39,936 nt of DNA from an uncultured Cytophagales bacterium (GTDB lineage: Bacteria > Bacteroidota > Bacteroidia > Cytophagales > JAAEPT01): contig CAYGKP010000001.1 of NCBI GenBank assembly GCA_964350605.1, positions 1 through 39,936 on the forward strand, written 5' to 3'. Positions 8,101-17,200 of the stretch are shown in pieces. The translations under genes were made by a program, and so were the position numbers. Below the pieces are notes generated by a model. The model was not told the origin of the DNA and did not search any database. It saw nothing but the letters and a program-made list of their open reading frames with translations. The stretch's first letter is position 1. Each line of letters opens with the position of its first letter.

Positions 8101-11100
8101 CTCGGCACCAGCGAGTTCAGAAAGCACGTTGATTCTATTCCCTCTAGCTTCGTATTCAAACAACTGAATCTTCGGATCCTCGGCTTGGGAAAGGCGTATA
8201 AACCGTTGATCGGTCTCCCAACTGTAGCCCTGTGGATCCGTTAGTTCCGTTTGAGAGTCGTCAGCGTTTAGAATGAATAGCCCATAATCGACTGGTTCTA
8301 GACTCGGGCTGTATGGGAGGCGCTCATCCTCCATTGAAGTTGGAAGGCTTAACTGCACATGAGAAGTCTCAAGATTTGCAGGAAAACCAAAAAAAGTACT
8401 GCCTGGATCGGCTCCTGAAGTGTACACGACTGAATAGATGTATCGATTGCCCTCGCTACCGATCAAATTATCTGGTGCGCACAATGTGGGCGCCCAAGCG
8501 CCTCCGCCAAGTGCGGTTAGAGCCGGAGAGAATTGCTGAAGGGCTCCGTCATTCTCGATAGGTGATGAGTCTGCTGCAACCGTACCTTCCTCTTCGTCCA
8601 GTTTCCACCAACCTACCAACCCTTCCGGGTCGATCGATTCGGCGCAACGTCCATACGAGAAATGATCTAACTGCTCCTGACTGCTGAGAGATCTATTGTA
8701 TATACGTGCATGGCTTAAGCAGCCACGATACTCCCTAGAATAGCCATAATCAGAAACGCCCTGAGGCCACCCTCCTAAGGCCAGATAAGCCAAATCGTTC
8801 AATTGTGCAGTCCCCGATCCAACGGGACCTACAAATTGGGTCAACTGATCACTGATCTGGAAGCGCCAGCCCTCACCTGTGCTGGGATTAAATGCTTTTG
8901 TGACGGATATAAATAGCCACTTTGGATCCAAAAAAGAGGGGAACCGAACCTCAGTACCCTGATTACCCACAGAACCGGCATCAAAGGCTAGCGAGTACAC
9001 TACCTCGTCAGCCAGTAAATCAACCCATTTAATAACGCGTACCGCTAGACGCAGCTCAACAGCGAAGTACTGAAACGATGTAACCAGTGCAAATGCGACA
9101 TCACCTTGCTCCCTGATTGTAATTGAGGAAGGGCTTGAGGTTATTCCTTGCCGCATTTCTGGTTTGATCCATATCTCAAAAGTCTGCAGGTTGTCTTCAT
9201 ATGCAGCGTTCGCCGGAATTGACACGCGTTGATCGTCGGCTGAAAAGCACAGCGAATACTTGTTCTCATTGTCAGATATGTCTCCACAAGGTGAACCTAC
9301 CCAAGCTCCTCCTCCCAGTTCTGTCAACTGGTAATTGTAATTCACCAGGTTAGCAGGGTTTTGGATGGTTGAACTGTCGGCTGCCAAGTAACCCTGTGCT
9401 TCGTCCAGTTTCCACCAACCCACAAGTCCAGTAGTGTCAACAGTTTGGGTGCAACGACCCAGCAAGTACTGATCTCGTTGTTCTTGTTCGCTTAGCGAAC
9501 GGTCGTATATCCTGATTTGGCCGATGCACCCGAGATAGTCTTTGTTGTTATTTTGGTAGATGTCATTCCTCAAACCACCCAGATAGATCGGGTCATAATT
9601 ATTGATCCCACCATAGAAAGAGCCTGAGGGTGCTCCCGGCAAAAAGATGGCATCTTGGTCGTTAAGAATTATCCTCCAACTCGCCGGACCAGTCGCCGAA
9701 ATCGATACGAACATCCACTCAGGGTCGTCCTGAGTTTCATACTCACTTTCTAGAGTTTGATAGCTGTTCCCCAATTGCACGAAAACCGAATAGCGCACCT
9801 TATCGACCGTCTGATCATACCATTTGGTACACTGCACAATAAGTCCGGCAGGCGTTCCATTGACTGGATTGTAGGTACTCATCTTAGAGATGAGTACCTG
9901 AGAGGCATAATACAAGTCTGAGAAGTTCACTGGTGGGGCGGTGAACTGTTCATCTAGATCTGGCTTAAACCATACCTCAATTGATTTCGCGTCATAGTAC
10001 TCGTTTCGATGGCCAATGTGAGCCCGATGACCTGCTACGCTCATGCAAAGCGCATAATCCAGTTCTTCCTCTGCCAGATCGGTGTCGATGTAGCCCAAGC
10101 CCAACATTCTCGCGACGTGAAAATCTTGCGCCACCGTTCGGAGCATATCAAGCGAGCTGATCTCTAACGCATTGGCCGCCTCTGGGTCTTCTCCATCCAG
10201 GGTCACAAGTTCCTCGCCCCCGTCCAATGGATAGCTCTTCAACCCGGTAGGGTTCGTGGAGTCCGTGCTTAGTTCAAGGTATTCGATTACCCCTGATTTG
10301 AGACCCTGCGAAGTAGTCCACTTGTCTTTGTAGTTGTCTACCCGCACCCTCGCACCATCGTTGTAGTGGGGCCATCTCTTATCGACCAAAAAGCGCTCGG
10401 GATTCTCAAGGCGCTCGAACACTTCTTCGTTATCCAAGCTCAAAGCAAAAGCCCCAAGCGACTTCCACTTCTCGGCTTCATTGACGGCGTGGAAGTAGGG
10501 CTCGTATAAGACGAAATGAGCTGAATTGACACGGGCATTCTCGGCTTTCCATCGCAAGCCACCGATGTGTTCGCCAAGTAGCTCAATGGTATCTGTAATG
10601 GCGGTCGGGTAGTCTTTAGATTTTCGAAATGCAATACCCGCCTCCAAACTGGGATATGGTTCGCGGTTTACTCCCTCCATGAGAAGAGACCCATTGTCCT
10701 GAGCCTGAACGTTTAGCTTTATGCTGAACGCTCGATCGGGTCGATCCAACCAAAAGACCAATTCATCCTGGTACTGGTCGAAAAAGTTCTGGCGTGTTGT
10801 TCCACTCGCGAAAATGTTACCCCCCACTGAAGCCTCAGCTACCTTATACTCTGACCTGTTGAGGAAATAGAGGTAAATTACGTGAGTGGGGTTGGAACCA
10901 GGTCCAGCCAGTTGAAGCTGGAAGCGCCACTGCATAACGTTTCCCCTACGCAGGACTTGAGGTATCACATTAGGGTCCAAAAGGTCGACCTCCAACGTCG
11001 TTCCGGGGTAAGGGATATATGGCGTGCGATACAATCGGACAAAGTCGTTTTCACGGTTGTACCCGTAGGTAGCTTCGTACTCCTGCTCGCTAGTGAGGTT

Positions 11101-11256
11101 TCCCTTAGGGAGGTGATTCTCTCCCAGCTCGTCTTCTAGCTCCCAGCGGGTGTAGATACCGCGTGGGGTGTAGTCATTACCTAGTGAGCCTGCCGCCTGC
11201 AGTGAAAGAAACGGCGATGGGAGGCGTAGTCGAGAGAGGAGTTGAATCTTGCTCAT
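5116..11256 (-). CDS. Giant hypothetical protein (2046 aa) with two LamG (Laminin_G_3 / concanavalin-A-like lectin) modules and FN3/Ig-like-looking C-terminal segments
   Basis: An uninterrupted 6.1-kb ORF. The LamG hallmarks occur twice (aa ~403-927, nt 8476-10050): ...YLGCIGQIRIYDRSLSEQEQ...GRC...GLVGWWKLDE..G..AADSS...GGGAW. The C-terminal part has proline linkers (PPPPPKLK, DDAPPPAPP) and beta-sandwich-like strings (TLSWPSTCKSGTYYLYKMTEAGQWALV...YHRFKVDVVNSGG). There is no convincing signal peptide (MSKIQLLSRLRLPSPFLSLQAAGS has arginines inside the hydrophobic stretch). No T9SS CTD, YD/RHS repeats or Walker motifs were noticed. Confidence 0.9.
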   Translation of the reverse strand: MSKIQLLSRLRLPSPFLSLQAAGSLGNDYTPRGIYTRWELEDELGENHLPKGNLTSEQEYEATYGYNRENDFVRLYRTPYIPYPGTTLEVDLLDPNVIPQVLRRGNVMQWRFQLQLAGPGSNPTHVIYLYFLNRSEYKVAEASVGGNIFASGTTRQNFFDQYQDELVFWLDRPDRAFSIKLNVQAQDNGSLLMEGVNREPYPSLEAGIAFRKSKDYPTAITDTIELLGEHIGGLRWKAENARVNSAHFVLYEPYFHAVNEAEKWKSLGAFALSLDNEEVFERLENPERFLVDKRWPHYNDGARVRVDNYKDKWTTSQGLKSGVIEYLELSTDSTNPTGLKSYPLDGGEELVTLDGEDPEAANALEISSLDMLRTVAQDFHVARMLGLGYIDTDLAEEELDYALCMSVAGHRAHIGHRNEYYDAKSIEVWFKPDLDEQFTAPPVNFSDLYYASQVLISKMSTYNPVNGTPAGLIVQCTKWYDQTVDKVRYSVFVQLGNSYQTLESEYETQDDPEWMFVSISATGPASWRIILNDQDAIFLPGAPSGSFYGGINNYDPIYLGGLRNDIYQNNNKDYLGCIGQIRIYDRSLSEQEQRDQYLLGRCTQTVDTTGLVGWWKLDEAQGYLAADSSTIQNPANLVNYNYQLTELGGGAWVGSPCGDISDNENKYSLCFSADDQRVSIPANAAYEDNLQTFEIWIKPEMRQGITSSPSSITIREQGDVAFALVTSFQYFAVELRLAVRVIKWVDLLADEVVYSLAFDAGSVGNQGTEVRFPSFLDPKWLFISVTKAFNPSTGEGWRFQISDQLTQFVGPVGSGTAQLNDLAYLALGGWPQGVSDYGYSREYRGCLSHARIYNRSLSSQEQLDHFSYGRCAESIDPEGLVGWWKLDEEEGTVAADSSPIENDGALQQFSPALTALGGGAWAPTLCAPDNLIGSEGNRYIYSVVYTSGADPGSTFFGFPANLETSHVQLSLPTSMEDERLPYSPSLEPVDYGLFILNADDSQTELTDPQGYSWETDQRFIRLSQAEDPKIQLFEYEARGNRINVLSELAGAEFDMSEASIPLRVGLEYRLLGESEWRKPELLFDDEYNSQKIVELDEFNEPEIIEIPESLLFPSQPVEEFYTHVETESGVHEYALYGVNIFQRVSPVGQLAQTDLTDFPLRNTLLPPANFAVQYIQKEKPLVLTSQAEQDELLARINQPLDEPELTRVTFLWNHVHQSAYRRADKIDFFFRLDPPDSVRGTIKEVVDNGEGDITLLTGFYRNYSTNPSSDVIPEISVGEEGKYLGGVLSTNESQEVFSVLQLNSGTEPQIQIKAVEQTATDDPSSNRTFLGRKEYSFPGADECFLMVENLLEPSNWPQKLAYTVDLIDLSNHEEVFEDENGNQETRFIGGIFEPAQVDPITETVFEPDSQGLLQEVQVFRGLYHIAYASGTSLADHPQTGVSWYQGTARISFSSTGQYDPNQTKELSVVTIVSQNPLEIYAVDANYDSDPIQTGVDVSVNFHPGYRLYLEAEPQQLPGLFQRVQILPGEGELSRVSLMAARSRDSINNISSDLSPASLLVAKKIVDPIPPDPPIGPLYATRPDRYGKSSYTFDIKVNEPERPPYGFVFYRTSQEALLNSLFETETAEDVKGNLIALEDQSVLSNYWSGLANLDVQGSGDTTPGAFKSYGANSYFIPPPDKSPTFSGELLTDDILPQNDPGFGTSAISKAFVAISNAFTPLTTQPVLFEFLEQGRQTSPELPKVVDSRGQLLPIESSEFNPFPMARRYAESGEVFVRFTDYKLDGAMHSQLYFYRAREIASDGQTSNPSAVSAPVKLLHALPPPPPKLKTLEVIGPRSSGAQALPRVAFQLSSYLPEENVTSIRMYRATTEAEARTVRTMKLATTVSVDSVADVFSDLEGKFPPYAETLFYRLVALRFIVNENEEPEVVPSIPSEIIRTRIVDDAPPPAPPISYDGGDPNATPDPILPTLSWPSTCKSGTYYLYKMTEAGQWALVNQVSSNEETIEYELGDFLPATNGSSDTIYHRFKVDVVNSGGIQNDYEEPLII

Positions 11257-11262
11257 AACCGC

Positions 11263-14200
11263 TTAAGGAATCAAAAGGGAAACTGGGCGCGTAACAGCTG
11301 AGCCCTTGGCCACGAACTGGTAGCCGTTGTAGATCATCTCTTGGAAGTGCAGCTCGATTTCATCGAACGGCAAGACATTGTAGGTGGTGGTGATAAAGAC
11401 CTGTGTGCAATCTTTCGAAGGGATAATGACAGGCGTGAATCCAGGCCCAAGATTAGGCTGCCCTGGTAGCGTGATACGCAGGACTTGAGAGAAGATTTGT
11501 TCTCTGGCTCTGGGGTCGCATAAAGGCTCTGGGCTTCGCACCAACATACCATAGGTAAATGATCCGCTTCCCGGAATTCGGAAGATGTTCACTTCGGTCG
11601 TTGTTGGCACTTCCAAGGCATCAAGGCCCAATCCTGCCCGCATTATGCGGTCAAATGTCATTGCATACTCTTGTCGCAAAGGGTCCTCAGGTGCCAGACT
11701 ATCTGCAAGAATCTGTGCCAGCACAGTTTGGTCCTTCTGAATGTGCTCTAAGTTGTAGATCGCCTCTCTCCCCTCTCCAAGGTCTATGCTTCCTATGTGC
11801 TCAGCGAACGAGCCGTAGCGTGACGTTTGAACCGCATACTTGTGGAGCTCATGCTCGACTCCCTCGAATTGCGATACCAGGTGAACCGTGTAGAGCTTCT
11901 CGCGTCTCAAGTCCGGTGGAGAGAGGAAGAAGTAATACCCCTTCTGAAGGTCGAACTGGAACTTTGTACAGTTAGCTCCATCTGGCAGGGAGTTAACAGC
12001 CATGTTGTGGATCACTTGCGTATCCAGAGAGTAGCTGGCTTCTTCCTCACGAATCCAACCATCCGATTCGCTGGTTAAGGAGAGCGACTGATTGGTTTCG
12101 GTTTCCTTAACGATCGCGTCAAGCTTATTGGCCAGTGCAGGGCTTCCCAGGTTGGCAGGCCAATCACCGAACAGATTGTACGTCCCGGGTTGTTTGAAGA
12201 ATACTCTAAGGTCATTGTGACCTTGCTTATAGTAGAGCGGTTTGGCACCAATGAGATTGCCGTCGACCGAGGGATAGGATCGCCCGAAATCCAGGTAGGG
12301 CTTCAATGAATAGAGCCCCTCGTTTTCCAAGTTTTCCAATTCGACTTGCTGAGCCGCCTCGACTGCATCGAAATAGTGCCGTATGGGGCCTCCGGTTTTA
12401 AAACCGAAGACATACGACTGATTGCTGGTATTTCCCTCGACTACATCACGCCCTTCAATTCGTATTGCGTAGGCACCATTCGGTCTCCAAACTGGTTGTA
12501 AAACATTCTGTAAACCGAGTCCGAAATAGGCCAGTTGTTCCTCACGAGTCTCATTGATCTCAACCTGCTGTTCATTGAAACGTCTGGTGGCTTCCGTTTC
12601 CCAACACAGCTCAATTAGAGACACTTCTCGATACTCCGCACCTCCACCAAGCACACTAAGTACTGCTTCCTGAGTCATATTGTCCAAGCCGCCATCAAAG
12701 GTCAAAGTTCGCAAACACGAAGGCTGCAGTCCACATAGCTCATACTGCCAGGCACCTCCATTCAATGCGGTCAGCGCAGGAGCAAAATCTTCAAGTATTC
12801 CATGATTGGCATAGGGCGAACTATCGTGTGCAACTGTGCCTTCCAATTCATCAAGTTTCCACCAACCGATTAATCCTGCCCGTTCGATATCCTCGGCGCA
12901 GCGGCCTCTCCTAAAGTGAGCCAGCTGCTGTTCTATCGAGAAAGCTCGATTGTAAAGTCTGGCTTGCGAAAGACACCCATCGAAGTCTTTGTTGGGTAAC
13001 CATGTGACGAAATCCGGAGAGTTACCCAAATGGATATGTGCCACGTCGACAAGGTTTGATGTGGCAAAGGGTCCAAGCGGATATACCCCAATGACGGGTT
13101 GATCCTGTATCTGGAAGTTCCACTTACTGGTGAAGTCAGTATCCAACTCATCGTTGAACCCAACACCTGAGGCCGAAATGAACAACCATTCCGGATCCTT
13201 GTCAGCTGGGTAACGCAGATCAGGTGGAGGGCCACCTGGAGGTAGCGCTGTACCTGCCTCTACGTAAAATGAGTAGACAATTTCATTGGTCGAACTGTCC
13301 AGCCATTTGATCGTCTTAACAAGCAGACGCAACCAGTTGCCTTGATAAGTCGTGGAAGAGAAAATCGTGAAGACCACCTCACCACGGTCAATCAAGGCAG
13401 TATAATCCGGTGAGCTTGTCACTCCGGTATCCAGAACTGGCTTGGCCCAAATCTCGAAGGCTCGGATGTTATTCTTATAGGGCGTGATCGCCGGGATTGA
13501 GACGCGGTGATCTGGGTCGCTCATGCACAAAGCACCGCCCCTAGCCGGAGGCTCCCCTGGAGGCAAACATATCTCCGTTGCCCAAGCTCCGCCTCCCAAA
13601 GCAGTCAGTGCTGGTGCGAATTGTTGAAGGACTCCGTTATTATCAAGCGGTGAAGAGTCCGCAGCGACTGTCCCCTCCTGCTCGTTGAGCTTCCACCAGC
13701 CAATCAGACCATTGGCTATAATCGTCTGAGCGCACCTCCCCAATTCATATTGAGCCCTCTGCTCAGACTCGAATAGCTCCCGATTGTACAGACGAACTTG
13801 CCCAATACAGCCCAGATATTCTTTGTTATTGTTGGCGAAAATGTCTGAGCGAAGGCTTCCAATAAAGAGCGGCTGATCATTCTCAACACCCAAGTATAAT
13901 CCACCAGCTGGACCAGAGGGGAATGAGTAGGCGGTCTGGCTGTTGATGATAATTCGCCAGCTTCCGTTGAAAGCTGCGGAAACGAAAACCCACTCGGGGT
14001 CCTCAAGTTGTTCGAACTCAACCTCACGATTCGCATAGTGGCTACCCATCTGTACGAATACTGCATACTTGACTTTATCGGTCGGTTGATCTAACCATTT
14101 AGTCACAGAAATGACTATACCATTTGGTAATTGGGTCGGGCCCGATGCGGACATTTTCGAGACGACAATTTGTGAGGCTTCGTATAGGTCGAAGTAATTG

Positions 14201-17200
14201 GATGGAGTCGCAGTGAACTGAGGATCAACCTCAGGCTTAAACCATGCTTCGACGGTTTTTACATCCAGGTACTCCGCGATATGTCCAACTTCAACCTTCT
14301 GACCTGAAGCATTGAAACACAGGGAAGTTCCTTCTTCTATCAACGGCAAGCCTTCCTGCCCGCCACACGTTTCTTCTACCCAGGCACCGCCGCCAATTTG
14401 TGTGCGGCCACTCGTGTAACCGGTCAGTACGCCATCTGAGTTTGTCCATGCCAGCCCCGAATTGGTCGCCTGGGTTCCCTGTAACTCGTCCAGTTTCCAC
14501 CAGAGACGAAGGTTCGTAGTATTGGCATTCACTGCACAACGTCCCCCTTCATACTGATCATCAATCTCTTGGGCGGAGAGAACAAAATCCTGGTAGTACT
14601 GGATGTGATCGACATACCCCTCAAAGTCTCCCTCTCCGAGGATGATTGGGCCGTCGTTGTATACATCTCCGGGTGTTCCTGTCGACTCTGACACCCACGT
14701 TTCAACTGAAGGCTGACCGTTTACAGTCAAATAGTAATCGGCTAGTTGAGTACCTGTTCGCTGAACAGTGATCATGTGCCAACCTTCAGCCTCCGCAACA
14801 ACAAACCTCTTGACGATTCGGATGTGTCCGTTCCAACGGTTGTTGTAGTGAAGCTCGACAAACAAGCTATATCCAGATGCCTGAGTCGGAGCCAGAACGG
14901 TCCGAATAGTAATCCCATGACCATCGGAGGCCATCTTCTTGAATAACACTTCCAAGTGGTCGTTGATATCTTGACCTACCTGTCCATTGACTAGCGTCTC
15001 ATCAATCGGTGTCTGCTTCAACCATGCAACGATCGAAAAAGAGCCGCCGAATGTGAACCCACCATGGTTGGGGCTTGCAACTTGTACAGACTCCCCAACT
15101 TGAATGTGTAGTGCAGGCGAACTCTCCTCTTCGGTTTGTAGACCGCAAGGGTCGACCCTGTATGTCAAACGATAAGCCGTCACCGGTTCGGGAAACCGAA
15201 TCGAAACTGTCATCGGCTTTTCCAACTCGTCCTCTTGGAGTGCTACAAGTGCCTCCGTTAAGTTGGTGCCAGGGGCATACTCAGACTCCTCTTCGACTAC
15301 TTGAATGGCCTTACGGCTTGAGGCAGATGGAATGTCGATTTTGATCCAGGCCTTCCGATCAAACTTCCATTCGCCCTCGCGATAGCGTCGGAAGCCGTTG
15401 GATTGGCCTTGCCAGTTCAAGCACTCCCAGTCGACCAACGGCTGGGTACAAAACATCAAGCTCGCATTGAGGCCATAGTCCTCAACGATATTGGTCTCAT
15501 CAGGTCCGGTACCCTGACTTAAGAAGGCAAAGGGGTTTCTTGCAAGAATTCGCAGATGTGTCTTTTGTCTTGGCTGCTCATGTGCCTGCCAAGCACCGAT
15601 ATGCAATAAGCTTGCTGGGACAGAATCTAGGAAGGCTTTGATCGGCAATGCCTCGTATGGGTCATATGGCACCCAAATATCCCCGACAGGGTCGCGGGTA
15701 AGAATTTCAACTTTGTCGAGGTGAAAGCGATGTTGAACTTGGTCGGAATGCCCTCTACGAGGAGAAATCTTTACCACATTATCGGTCGGAACGAACCTGC
15801 CTGTCATTCTTGACAGTACTGGATCTTTGCCCTTCGGCTTTAGACTATAATTAAATTGGATATCGACGAAGCTATCCTGCGGAATGATCGTCTCTTCGAG
15901 CAAGTCAAACCAGGATTCCTCAAGTGCACTTCCCAGATAAGCGATGGGAAACTCCTCTAGCGTTGTCATGTTCAACGCCTTCACTGCATTGCTCGGCTCA
16001 AGAATCTGGAATGGCTCAAGTTGGCGTCGACGGTCGAACACCCATCGAAGCGAAACTCGGATACCTTTCTTCTTCCGCTTAAACGGAATCTTGATCTTTA
16101 CCTCAATGTACCCTTCGATAATGAAAGGTCTGGGTGCTTCCGCTCCCAAATAGGCCCCCACTCCAAATCCGAATCTGAATTTCCAGATTCCGATTTCTAG
16201 CCCCCCGGCGATTAGAACGTGACCACCAGCTTGAACGGGTTCGGTGCTAATGCGCACGCCCATATCCAGGTAAGCATATAGTCGAAAGCGAATCGGGCCA
16301 AAACGTTTATCAAGATTGAAACTTGCACCTGCGCCCAAAGCCACCCCTCGAGCTGAAAGCTGCAGGTATGCATTCAAATTGAATACTCGGAGTATTCTGG
16401 CACGGATTCGCTTGGAGGGCGGGCTGGCCTCACCAATGTTGAGGTACCACCCCCCCGGATTCTGAAAGAAGAATCCGAACTCCATGTTGGCGGAAATATC
16501 GGCGATCACGCCGCTCGACTGTGGTAATCGAGCCTGAACACCAGCACCACCGGTAATTGACTCTGGGCTAACAGCCAAAAAGGCACTGAAAGGCGGGTCC
16601 TCTCGATCATCCAATCCGACCTGTCGACGGAGAATACCCGCTTGACCTTGGAGCAGTAAGGTCTCGGGAGCGGTTAGTAGTAGGAATACTTTGCTTGAGA
16701 AAATTCGAGGGTCTCCTTTTGTGGCAATTGCTGTGCCCGCTCCTCCTACAAAGCCTGGCTCTTTTGAGAACTTGTCGACGGTGATGCCCTCTTTCGGCGG
16801 GGCTTTGTAATACTGCCACCAACTTGCTGAGTCCGCTAAGCCAATGGCCGATTTATCAGCGATGTACCCACTGCCGACTAGGCCTCGAAAGCCATAAATT
16901 CCTAGCCCCGTCGGACCTAGGGGAATTGGAGTTGGTAAATTGATTTTTGCATCGACTAGAAAAGAAGGATCATCTGGGACGTACGAAATGTCACCTTCAA
17001 ACTTGAGCTTCAAGCGAGGAAAGCTAACACCGACGGCTCCTCGATACTCACTAACCGAGCCTCCTTGCTCCTGGCCAAGTAGGGCCAAATACCCCTCAAT
17101 AATCGCAAGAGCTTGCTCTTTAGAGGCCGTGCCAGGGATAATTAGGCGTATCTCAAGACGTTGAATGCGAAGGAATGAGTGGAAAGCCTTTCCGGCACCT

